Under the pieces are notes generated by a model. The model was not told the origin of the DNA. It saw only the letters and a program-made list of their open reading frames with translations, and did not search any database. The position numbers and the translations under genes are program-made. A stretch of DNA of 64,000 nucleotides, from NCBI GenBank assembly GCA_029932915.1, contig JAOZPE010000013.1, positions 17 through 64,016 on the forward strand, read 5' to 3'. Positions 18,522 through 27,200 of the stretch are shown one piece after another (position 1 is the first letter of the stretch; every line of letters begins with the position of its first letter). Origin of the DNA: Candidatus Krumholzibacteriia bacterium. GTDB taxonomy: Bacteria; Krumholzibacteriota; Krumholzibacteriia; JAJRXK01.

Positions 18522-21500
18522 GCCCCATGCTGCTCATCGCGGTGCCCCTGGCCGTGGCCTTCCTGCTGCCGGTGATCGATCACCTCGGCCGGACGGCGAC
18601 ACGGGTCGTTCACCTGGCGACACTGGCCTTCGGCATCGTGGTCGCCGGCGACTGGTTGTACCGTCTGGCGGGTGGAGCCGCCACGGCGGAGATCCTCACC
18701 GGAGGATGGCCGCCGCCGTTCGGGATCAACCTGCGTCTGGGTACGGCCGAGGCGGTCCTGGTGCTTCTGGCCTATCTGACCGCTTTCGTGGCCGCCCTGT
18801 ATCTCGCCGATCGCGAAGAGGAAAGCAATGTCCGTGGAACGGTCATCCAGACCGTCCTGGTGGTGGGCGCGATCGGCCTCATCATGACCCGAGACCTCTT
18901 CAACACCTTCGTGTTCCTGGAGATCAGTGGGATCGGCACCTATGCGCTGGTCGTCTTCGGAAGGGAGAAGAGCGGACTCGAGGCCGGATTCAAGTACATG
19001 GTGCTGGGATCGGTGGCTTCCATCTTCGTCCTGCTGGGCGTGGCCTTCCTCTACAAGCTCACCGGCACCCTGAACCTGGATGACATGGCGGGAAAGCTCT
19101 CGCAGGCGATGGTCGCTGGCAGCGGTCTGATCCTGCTCCTGCTGCTGGTGGGCATGATCGCCGAACTCAAGCTCTTCCCCCTGAACGGGCCGGCCATCGA
19201 TCTGTACGACGGGGCCGAGCCCGGGGTGATGGCCCTTCTCGTCGGGACCACCGTCAACGCGGTGTTCTACACCTTCGCCAAGATGACGGCCCTGTACGAA
19301 GGCTCGCAGTGGGTGGAGGCGATCACCGTGGTGGGCATGCTCACCTTCGTCATCGCCAATCTCTTCGCGATCCGTCAGAAGAAGGTGCGAAGGATGCTGG
19401 GCTATTCCTCCTCGGCCCAGCTCGGTCTGCTCGTCTTCCTGCTGCCCTTCGTCCGCTCCGGAGAGATCCTGGCCTCGACGGTGGGACTTCTGGTGGTCAA
19501 CCACACCCTGGCCAAGGCCGCGCTCCTGTGGCTGGCCGGCATCGAGGGCAACGAAGAGCTCGATGGCTGGCGCGGGGCCTTCGCCACCCGTCCCCTCCTG
19601 CGCGTGGGCCTGGTGGTGGCGGTATTGGCGATGGTGGGCCTGCCTCCCTTCCCCGGCTTCTGGGGAAAGTGGCACGCTCTGGTGGGCCTGGCACGGGGAG
19701 GCCATCCGTGGTGGATCACCATCCTCCTGTTGGGTTCGCTGCTCGAGTTCGTCTACTACTTCGGATGGCTGCGGCGGGTGTTCGACGGAATCCAGGAGCG
19801 GGCGGAGGCCCTCCGTCCGCTGAAGTGGACGGAAGTGGCTGGCGTCGTCGGCTTCACCGTGCTGCTCTTCTTCGGTGTGCGCATGTTGGGCGAGGCGTGG
19901 GGTTCGGTGGCTGCTCTGGCACTGGCCGCGGTCGGCGTGGTCCTCGTCCTGGCGTCGGTCATTCCCGGACGGATGCAGGCGGCGGTGGTGCTGCTGGCTG
20001 TAGCTGCGACGGCGTGGCGCCTGTGGGGCACGCAGCTCGTGCTCAGCGACTTCCGCGGCCTCATCCTCACCGTGGTTCTCTTCGGGGCGATGGTGGTGTC
20101 GCTGGCCGGGCTCGGCCTGCCCGCTCCACGCAAGAGCTATTGGGGCGTGTTCCTCATCCTGGTGGGTTCGATCGTCGCCATGATCGAGACCACCAGTCTG
20201 CTCGGATTCTTCGCCGGCTGGGAGATCATGACCTGGTCGAGCTATCTGCTGGTCAGCTCCAGTCAGAAGGGTTCGCGACCGGCTTTCCTGTATATGGTTT
20301 TCTCCGGTGGGGCGGGTTTCCTGGTCCTGGGAGGCTTGATGGTGGCCCTGGGTGGAGGAGTGCAGACCCTGGCGGGTCTCACCACGCTCACCGGGGCGGC
20401 CGCGCTGAGCGCATGGGCGCTTCTGGCGGCGGGCTTCGCGGTCAAGGCAGCGGCGTGGGGCGCGCACATCTGGGCCCCCGATGCCTATGCCGAATCACCC
20501 GACCTGTTCACCCCCTTCCTGTCCGGCGTGATCTCCAAACTTCCGATCTTCGGTCTCGGCGTGGTGGCGGCAGCGATCGCCGCGCCGGCGATCTCCTACC
20601 TGGGCCGCGCCTTCGATCCCACCCATATCCTGGCCTGGGTGGGAGGTCTGACGGCCTTCGGGATGACTCTGCTGGCGGTCTTCCAGGAGGACGCCAAGCG
20701 TCTGCTGGCCTACTCCTCGGTGGGGCAGGTCGGCTACATCATCCTGGGCCTGGCGGTGATGTCGCCGCTGGGTTGGACGGCGGCCCTGTACCACGTGGTC
20801 AACCACCTGCTCTTCAAGGGGCTGTTGTTCCTGGCCGTGGCTGGGGTGATCTACCGGGTGGGAAGCCGGCAGTTCAGCTCGATGGGAGGACTCATCAAGC
20901 GGATGCCCTTCTCCTTCGTGTCGGTGCTCATCGGCATCATCGCCCTGGCCGGCGTTCCGCCCCTGTCCGGCTTCGCCGGCAAGTGGCTGCTCTATGAGGC
21001 CCTGATGGAACGAGGCTGGCTGCTGTTGACCGCGTTCATGATGTTCTCTTCGGTGATCGCCTTCCTCTACTGTTTCCGGCTGATCCACTCGATCTTCCTG
21101 GGCCAGCTCAAGACCGTCCATCGCGACGTGCGCGAGGCGCCGTGGCCGCTCATCACCGCTCAATACCTGCTGGTGATCCCCATCCTCGTTCTGTCGGTGC
21201 GTCCCCGGTGGCTGCTCGACCCCCTGCAACGACTGGTGGCGGACAGGTTCGGCTCGAGCACCCTGCAGGCGGTCGGCGACAACACCCTGGTGTCGAGCTT
21301 CGGGTATTTCAACGCGATCGCGATCCTGGTCCTGGTGATCGTCCTCTTCGTCGGCCTGCTGATCTTCCTGCTCACGGCGGGACCACGGGCCAAGAAGGTC
21401 GGCCCGCTCGACATCGTCTATGCCGGTGAAGTGCCGCCCCCACCCGAGGAGCTGCACTACGCCTGGGCCTTCTTCCGGCCGTATCAGCGCGCATTCCAGC

Positions 21501-21664
21501 CGGTGTTGCGGGGAGCGGTCAGCGCCTTCTGGCGCGACGTCGCCGACGTCAGCGAAGCCATCGCCGACGCGGGCCGCCGTTTCTATACCGGCAATGCGCA
21601 GACCTACGTTCTCTACGCGTTCCTTCTCGTTCTCGCTCTGGCCGGTATCGGCCTGGCCAGATAG
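18515..21664 (+). CDS. Fused double proton-translocating antiporter-like subunit (MrpD/NuoL-M-N family, MbxH+H'-like)
   Basis: Two tandem modules: DLFNTFVFLEI...KYMVLG...RRMLGYSS...GLPPFPGFWGK, then FFAGWEIM...HIWAPDAYAESP...KRLLAYSSVGQVGY...GVPPLSGFAGK. Confidence 0.88.
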   Translation: MVSPMLLIAVPLAVAFLLPVIDHLGRTATRVVHLATLAFGIVVAGDWLYRLAGGAATAEILTGGWPPPFGINLRLGTAEAVLVLLAYLTAFVAALYLADREEESNVRGTVIQTVLVVGAIGLIMTRDLFNTFVFLEISGIGTYALVVFGREKSGLEAGFKYMVLGSVASIFVLLGVAFLYKLTGTLNLDDMAGKLSQAMVAGSGLILLLLLVGMIAELKLFPLNGPAIDLYDGAEPGVMALLVGTTVNAVFYTFAKMTALYEGSQWVEAITVVGMLTFVIANLFAIRQKKVRRMLGYSSSAQLGLLVFLLPFVRSGEILASTVGLLVVNHTLAKAALLWLAGIEGNEELDGWRGAFATRPLLRVGLVVAVLAMVGLPPFPGFWGKWHALVGLARGGHPWWITILLLGSLLEFVYYFGWLRRVFDGIQERAEALRPLKWTEVAGVVGFTVLLFFGVRMLGEAWGSVAALALAAVGVVLVLASVIPGRMQAAVVLLAVAATAWRLWGTQLVLSDFRGLILTVVLFGAMVVSLAGLGLPAPRKSYWGVFLILVGSIVAMIETTSLLGFFAGWEIMTWSSYLLVSSSQKGSRPAFLYMVFSGGAGFLVLGGLMVALGGGVQTLAGLTTLTGAAALSAWALLAAGFAVKAAAWGAHIWAPDAYAESPDLFTPFLSGVISKLPIFGLGVVAAAIAAPAISYLGRAFDPTHILAWVGGLTAFGMTLLAVFQEDAKRLLAYSSVGQVGYIILGLAVMSPLGWTAALYHVVNHLLFKGLLFLAVAGVIYRVGSRQFSSMGGLIKRMPFSFVSVLIGIIALAGVPPLSGFAGKWLLYEALMERGWLLLTAFMMFSSVIAFLYCFRLIHSIFLGQLKTVHRDVREAPWPLITAQYLLVIPILVLSVRPRWLLDPLQRLVADRFGSSTLQAVGDNTLVSSFGYFNAIAILVLVIVLFVGLLIFLLTAGPRAKKVGPLDIVYAGEVPPPPEELHYAWAFFRPYQRAFQPVLRGAVSAFWRDVADVSEAIADAGRRFYTGNAQTYVLYAFLLVLALAGIGLAR

Positions 21665-21673
21665 GGAGTCGCC

Positions 21674-22588
21674 ATGTCGTTTCCGCTCAAGCTCATGTGG
21701 TCGGTGATCGGGATTCTGGTGGCCATCGCCTATGGATTGCTGATCAGCGGCATCATCCGAAAGGTCATGGCCCGTATCCAGGGCCGTATCGGCCCGCCGG
21801 TGTATCAGGGATTCATCGACCTGGGCAAGCTGTTGGTGCTGCGGACCGCCACCCATCACGGGGTGATGTTCTACCTGGCGCCGATCTTCCGTGCGGCCGG
21901 AGGCATCGGGCTCTACCTGCTCATTCCGGTGGTGGTGGGAGTGCCCGCGCTGGAGAACTTCTCCTTCACCGGCGATCTGCTCCTGGTGATGTACTTCATG
22001 TTCTTCGGATCGCTGGGCATGGCGTTGGGTGCGGCCGAGAGCGGACATCCTCATTCGTCCATCGGCATTTCCCGTGGCCTGTCGCAGATGACCGCCTTCG
22101 AGCTACCCTTCGCGCTCGCGGTGGTGGCACTGGCCGCTTCGGCCGGTTCGTTCTCCATCAGTGACATCGTCATGGCCCAGCAGGGGGGAATCCTCCACTG
22201 GAACCTCTTCACCCATCCCCTGGCGGCCATCGCGGCGTTCCTGGCTTTCCTGGGCATGAACATGTATGCGCCCTTCAACATCGTCGGCGCACCACAGGAG
22301 ATCCCGGCCGGTCCGCCCACCGAATTCAACTCGTCCTTCCTGTCGTTGATGATGGCCGGCCGCTCCATCTTCGCCGTGGCCAAGATGGTGCTGTTCATGG
22401 ACCTCTTCCTGGGTGGCGCCACCAACCTCCTGGAGGTTCTGGTCAAGACCTTCCTCATCTACTTCTGGTCGGTCTTCGTCGGCGCCGTCTTTCCCCGCTT
22501 CCGCACCGAGCAGTCGATCCGCTTCTTCCTGGGGTGGCCGACCGTGGCCGGAGTCGCCGCCGTCCTGCTGGTGATGCTCAACCGTTAG
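21674..22588 (+). CDS. NuoH-like membrane anchor (MbxM)
   Basis: RKVMARIQGRIGPP...DLGKL, PFNIVGAPQEIPAGPPTEF, FPRFRTEQ. Confidence 0.9.
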   Translation: MSFPLKLMWSVIGILVAIAYGLLISGIIRKVMARIQGRIGPPVYQGFIDLGKLLVLRTATHHGVMFYLAPIFRAAGGIGLYLLIPVVVGVPALENFSFTGDLLLVMYFMFFGSLGMALGAAESGHPHSSIGISRGLSQMTAFELPFALAVVALAASAGSFSISDIVMAQQGGILHWNLFTHPLAAIAAFLAFLGMNMYAPFNIVGAPQEIPAGPPTEFNSSFLSLMMAGRSIFAVAKMVLFMDLFLGGATNLLEVLVKTFLIYFWSVFVGAVFPRFRTEQSIRFFLGWPTVAGVAAVLLVMLNR

Positions 22589-22591
22589 GAG

Positions 22592-23233
22592 ATGACGATG
22601 GCATCCTCGAAGTTTCCTCTTGCTCCGCCCGAGCACAGCAGACCGCACGCGCCGATGGGCGAGGGCTGTTTCCTGGGAGAGACGGAACGCCAGCAGCCGC
22701 TCGCTCTGAAGGAGGCGCTGGCCAAGATCAAGAATTGGTTCCGCGCCAATTCGCTGTGGGTGATGGCCTACGGTACCGGGTGTGGCTCGATCGAACTGCG
22801 TCCGTTGACCACCGCGCGCTTCGACATGGAGCGTTTCGGGATGGCCATGCGGCCGACGCCTCGGCAATCCAACGTGCTCATCATCTCGGGCTATCTCTCG
22901 GTGAAGTCGCTGAAGCGGGTGATCCGCGCCTATGAGCAGATGCCCAGTCCCAAGTGGGTGGTGGGCCTGGGTTCGTGCACCATCAACGGCGGCATGTACT
23001 GGGACTCGTACAACACCATCAACCGCCTCGATCTGTACGTTCCGGTCGATCTGTACATCGCCGGCTGCATGCCGCGCCCGGAGGCCCTGCTGGAGGGATT
23101 CGGAGTGCTCATGGAGAAGATCAAGGCCGGGGAAGCCAACGGGTGGAACCACTATCTCGAGCAGATGGACTGGTACAAGGAAAACCAGAAGAAGCTCATC
23201 ACCGATTGGGATCTTCCCGACTACAACTGGTAG
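22592..23233 (+). CDS. NuoB-like Fe-S small subunit (MbxJ)
   Basis: GTGCGSIE, RFDMERFG, PRQSNV, YEQMPSPKWVVGLGSC, IAGCMPRPEA. Confidence 0.9.
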   Translation: MTMASSKFPLAPPEHSRPHAPMGEGCFLGETERQQPLALKEALAKIKNWFRANSLWVMAYGTGCGSIELRPLTTARFDMERFGMAMRPTPRQSNVLIISGYLSVKSLKRVIRAYEQMPSPKWVVGLGSCTINGGMYWDSYNTINRLDLYVPVDLYIAGCMPRPEALLEGFGVLMEKIKAGEANGWNHYLEQMDWYKENQKKLITDWDLPDYNW

Positions 23234-23236
23234 GTC

Positions 23237-23782
23237 ATGACGATGGACGAAATCATCCAGAGGATCCGCGACAACTTCGGGGTACTCAGAGAACACCGGC
23301 AGCGGGATGACCTGGCGGAGGTCTGGATCGAACCACGCCATGTCCTGCCCCTGTTGACCTGGCTCAAGGAGCACACCCCCTTCGTGCAGCTCACGCACCT
23401 GTCCGCGGTCGACTGGCTCGAGGACGGTGAGTTCCAGCTCACCTATCTGTTGACTGATCCGGTCGGCCGGCGGTCGCTGATGGTGGCGGTGCGCATCTCC
23501 CGCGAGGAGGCGACGGCCGAGAGTGTCCACACCCTGTGGGCGCACGCGGTGACCTATGAGCAGGAGATCAACGAGATGTTCGGCATCCACTTTCCCGGGA
23601 GCCCCCGGCAGGGAGTGCCGTTCATCCTCGAGGGCTGGGACGACATCCCGCCCATGCGCCGTGATTTCGACACCGTCGAGTACATGAACCGCCATCACCC
23701 CTCGCGGCCGGGCCGCGAGCACACCGATCCGCGCCGCTACATCGGCCAGGTCGTCGGCGAAAAGGGGTATCTCCATGACTGA
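23237..23782 (+). CDS. NuoC-like subunit (MbxK)
   Basis: LSAVDW, YEQEINEMFGIHFPG, PPMRRDF. Confidence 0.88.
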   Translation: MTMDEIIQRIRDNFGVLREHRQRDDLAEVWIEPRHVLPLLTWLKEHTPFVQLTHLSAVDWLEDGEFQLTYLLTDPVGRRSLMVAVRISREEATAESVHTLWAHAVTYEQEINEMFGIHFPGSPRQGVPFILEGWDDIPPMRRDFDTVEYMNRHHPSRPGREHTDPRRYIGQVVGEKGYLHD

Positions 23783-24902
23783 ACAGACGGCCCTGGAGCG
23801 AAGGGTCCAACTGTGGTTCGGCCCTCAGCACCCCGGCATCACCGGGAACATGGCGGTGCAGGCGTGGCTGGAAGGCGACACCCTCACCTCCGGAGTGACC
23901 CACGTCGGTTATCTCCACCGCGGCTTCGAGAAACTCATGGAACGGCGGAAGTTCATCCAGAGCTTCCCCATCGTGTGCCGGATCTGCGTGCCCGAGCCGG
24001 ACACCAACGAGTGGCTGCTGGCCGCCTCCATCGAAGAGCTCTCCGGTCTGGACAAGGAGGTCCCCGAGAAGGCGCGCTGGATCCGCACCCTGTTCCTGGA
24101 GATGTCGCGCCTGTCCTCGATGCTGATGGTCCTCGGCGGCCATGTCGGGGCCATGGGCCTGGGAACGGCTCCGAACTGGTTGATCACCTTGCGTGACTAC
24201 ATCCTCGACCGCTTCGAGGAACTCACCGGGGCGCGGGTCTACCATATGTATGTCACCTACGGTGGCGTCCGCCGCGATCTGCCCGAGGGATTCGCAGAAC
24301 GTCTCGAAGCGAATCTCCAGGAGATCGAGAGCAAGCTGCCACTGGTGGACAACGTCATCTTCGATTCGGCGGTGTTCCGCAAACGCGCCATCGGGGTGGG
24401 CGTGGTGCCCGAGGAGTGGGTCGACGAACTCGGCCTCACCGGCCCCATCGTGCGGGCCATGGGCATCGCCCGCGACACCCGCACCGACTACCCCTATGAG
24501 AAGTACGGCGAGCTCGACATCGAGCCGATGACCACCACCGGATCGGATATCTTCGCGCGGGCGTGGATGCGCCGTCTGGAGATCGCCCAGTCGATCGACC
24601 TCATCCGTCAGATCCTGGCCAAGATGCCCACGGAGGGTCCCTACTCGGCCAAACTTCCCAACATGCTGACCTGGACGATTCCCGCCGGGGAGACCTACGT
24701 GCGCGCCGAGGCCAGCCGGGGGGAGATGGGTTACTACGTCGTCACCGACGGGTCGGACAAGATCCGCCGGGTCCACGTGCGAGGACCTTCCTACGTCCAC
24801 GGCGTCACTCTTCTGGAGCGCCTCATGCCGGGAACCAACATCGCCGATCTGTCGGCGCTGATGGTTTCGCTTCAGGTCTGTCCACCCGAGATCGAGAGGT
24901 AG
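23775..24902 (+). CDS. NuoD-like catalytic subunit lacking a full NiFe ligand set (MbxL type)
   Basis: FGPQHPG, GYLHRGFEK, RICVPEPD in place of RxCxxC, C-terminal VCPPEIER in place of DPCxxC. Confidence 0.88.
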   Translation: MTEQTALERRVQLWFGPQHPGITGNMAVQAWLEGDTLTSGVTHVGYLHRGFEKLMERRKFIQSFPIVCRICVPEPDTNEWLLAASIEELSGLDKEVPEKARWIRTLFLEMSRLSSMLMVLGGHVGAMGLGTAPNWLITLRDYILDRFEELTGARVYHMYVTYGGVRRDLPEGFAERLEANLQEIESKLPLVDNVIFDSAVFRKRAIGVGVVPEEWVDELGLTGPIVRAMGIARDTRTDYPYEKYGELDIEPMTTTGSDIFARAWMRRLEIAQSIDLIRQILAKMPTEGPYSAKLPNMLTWTIPAGETYVRAEASRGEMGYYVVTDGSDKIRRVHVRGPSYVHGVTLLERLMPGTNIADLSALMVSLQVCPPEIER

Positions 24903-24905
24903 CTC

Positions 24906-26678
24906 GTGAGCCTCAAGTACACCATCGCCCCGTTCTCCGCCTGGTTGCAGGCGGTCTCCAAGCCGTTCACGGTGCCGGTGACCGGCGGGCCGCGACCGGG
25001 TGCCCCTCGTTACCGGGGTTGGCACATCAACGACGTGGAGAAGTGCATCGGCTGTGGAACCTGTTCGGCGATCTGTCAGAACGAAGCCATCGACATGGTT
25101 CCAGTGGACGACCCGGTCGTTGGCGATTCCGGTCTGCGTCCGAAGATCGACTACGGCCGCTGCTGCTGGTGCGCACTGTGCGTGGACGTCTGTCCCTCGG
25201 GCTCTCTGGGCATGTCCAACGAGTATGTCTGGGCCGACACCGACGCCGATGTCTTCCGCTACATTCCCGGAGTCGACGAGAAGCCCTGGGACGACAGCGA
25301 GCTGGGTTGGCGGCGGGAAGAGGGCTTCGAGCTGGTCGACCATGACCGGGTGCCCATGGGCATGCTCGATCCCGACGAGCGCACGCAGACCTGGGCCGAG
25401 GTGGTCATCGGCTACACCGAGGAACAGGCCCGGGTCGAGGCCTCCCGCTGCGTCGACTGCGGTCTGTGCGTGGCGGCCTGTCCGGCCCACATGCACATTC
25501 CCGACTACATCGGAGCCATCCGCGACGGCGACGATGCCCGGGCGGTGCAGATCATCTATGACAACAACGCGATGCCCGAGATGTGCGGCAAGGTCTGTAC
25601 GCGCCGCTGCGAGAGCGTGTGTTCCATCGGCGTCCAGGGCGACCCGTTGGCGATCCGCTGGCTCAAGCGCTACGCGACCGAGCGCTTCGACAATCTGGCC
25701 GAGGTGCTGCAACCCCAGGTCGAACGTGTCGGCGAGGGCAGGACGGTGGCCGTCATCGGTGGCGGGCCCTCGGGCCTGACCGTGGCCTACTACCTGGCCA
25801 TCCGCGGCTTCGAGGTGACGGTCCACGAGGCGCTTCCGCAGGTGGGAGGGGCCACCTTCTTCGGCATTCCCCGCTACCGCTTCCCGATGTCGTCACTGGA
25901 GAAGCAGGTCGATCTGCTCAAGTCGGCCGGCGTGAAGTTCGTCCTGAACCACCGGGTCGACGGCGATGAGCTCACGCGGATGCTCGCCGAGAACGATGCG
26001 GTGTTCATGGGTGTGGGTCTGATGAAGCCCATGGCGCTGAGGGCGCCGGGCGAGGACCTGCCCGGAGTGATCCCCGCCCTGGACATGCTGCGCGAGCAGA
26101 ATCTCGGTCACGAGGTCGACGTGGGGGAGAAGGTCGTGGTGGTCGGCGGCGGCAACGTCGCCATCGATGCCTCGCGCATCTCGCGCCGCCTCGGCGCGGA
26201 GGTGACCATCGCCTACCGCAGGCGGGTGGTGGACATGCCGGCCGACGACGAGGAGATCGAGGACGCCGAGGCCGAGGGAGTCGAGATCGTGACCCAGGCC
26301 ATTCCCCTGCGGGTCGAGGCCACCGAGGACGGAAAGCTGGACTTCGTGTGGGGTCCGGCGGAGATGGTCCAGGAGGAAGAGGGCAAGCGGCCGCGGCCCA
26401 AGCTCATCGAGGGCGTGGAGAACCACCTGGTGGTCGACCGGGTCATCGTGGCCATCGGACAGGGTCCGGATCTCGACTGGCTTCCCACGGAGATCAGCGA
26501 GAAGATCTGCAACAAGTGGGGTTACATCGAGGTCGACGAGACGGGGATGACTGCGGTCGAAGGGCTCTACGCCGGCGGCGATCTCGTCAACGACACCGCC
26601 GACGCGATCTCGGCCATCGCCGACGGTCTGCGGGCGGTCAACGGAATCGTCGACAAGACGCGGGCCCAGCACGTCTGA
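24906..26678 (+). CDS. NuoI/MbxN-like 2[4Fe-4S] ferredoxin fused to a GltD-family FAD/NAD(P)H oxidoreductase
   Basis: YRGWH...CIGCGTCSAIC and CCWCALCVDVCP, then EASRCVDC...CP, GKVCTRRCESVC, GGGPSG, GGGNVAID, YRR, AGGD. Confidence 0.88.
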   Translation: MSLKYTIAPFSAWLQAVSKPFTVPVTGGPRPGAPRYRGWHINDVEKCIGCGTCSAICQNEAIDMVPVDDPVVGDSGLRPKIDYGRCCWCALCVDVCPSGSLGMSNEYVWADTDADVFRYIPGVDEKPWDDSELGWRREEGFELVDHDRVPMGMLDPDERTQTWAEVVIGYTEEQARVEASRCVDCGLCVAACPAHMHIPDYIGAIRDGDDARAVQIIYDNNAMPEMCGKVCTRRCESVCSIGVQGDPLAIRWLKRYATERFDNLAEVLQPQVERVGEGRTVAVIGGGPSGLTVAYYLAIRGFEVTVHEALPQVGGATFFGIPRYRFPMSSLEKQVDLLKSAGVKFVLNHRVDGDELTRMLAENDAVFMGVGLMKPMALRAPGEDLPGVIPALDMLREQNLGHEVDVGEKVVVVGGGNVAIDASRISRRLGAEVTIAYRRRVVDMPADDEEIEDAEAEGVEIVTQAIPLRVEATEDGKLDFVWGPAEMVQEEEGKRPRPKLIEGVENHLVVDRVIVAIGQGPDLDWLPTEISEKICNKWGYIEVDETGMTAVEGLYAGGDLVNDTADAISAIADGLRAVNGIVDKTRAQHV

Positions 26679-26714
26679 TCCATCGCCAACCGCTCCCATC
26701 GGGGCACAGGAGAG

Positions 26715-27167
26715 ATGAGAATGAAGAGCTTCGAGGAGATTCTCGACTTCGCCATCGACAACGAGCAGAAGGCGCATGACCTGTACATGGACATCGCCGA
26801 GATGGCGACCCGTCCGGGCATGCGGCAGACCTTCCTGGAGTTCGCGGCCCAGGAGATGCAACACCGCGAGAGGCTCGAGGCCATCAAGGCCGGCAAACTG
26901 CCCGAACTCGATCAGGCGCGGGTGGAGACCCTGGGTCTCAGCGAACATCTGGTCGACGTCCCCGTCGAGAAGGACATGGACTACCAGAGCGCTCTGCTGT
27001 TCGCCATGAAGGCCGAGCAACGCGCCTACGATCTCTACGCCGGTCTGGCCAAGGCCACGGATGATCCCAATCTGGTCACTCTCTTCGAGGGTCTCGCCCA
27101 GGAGGAGCTGAAGCACAAGCTCCACTTCGAGCGCGAGTACGACGACGTCGTTCTCGGGGACAACTGA
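26715..27167 (+). CDS. Rubrerythrin-like ferritin-fold di-iron protein without rubredoxin domain
   Basis: AIDNE...Y...QEMQH and AMKAE...Y...EELKH repeats. Confidence 0.85.
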   Translation: MRMKSFEEILDFAIDNEQKAHDLYMDIAEMATRPGMRQTFLEFAAQEMQHRERLEAIKAGKLPELDQARVETLGLSEHLVDVPVEKDMDYQSALLFAMKAEQRAYDLYAGLAKATDDPNLVTLFEGLAQEELKHKLHFEREYDDVVLGDN

Positions 27168-27191
27168 TCCCGCCCTGCTGGGGCGGGATCA
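27165..27191. terminator. Hairpin between convergent genes
   Basis: TGATCCCGCCC-TGCTG-GGGCGGGATCA; no U-tract. Confidence 0.5.
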
Positions 27192-27200
27192 CGCCGTCGT

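Noticed and set aside
23775-24902. Group 4 [NiFe]-hydrogenase large subunit or canonical complex I
   Set aside because: Lacks the RxCxxC and DPCxxC NiFe motifs and maturation genes; the operon has Mrp subunits and no NuoA/E/F/G.
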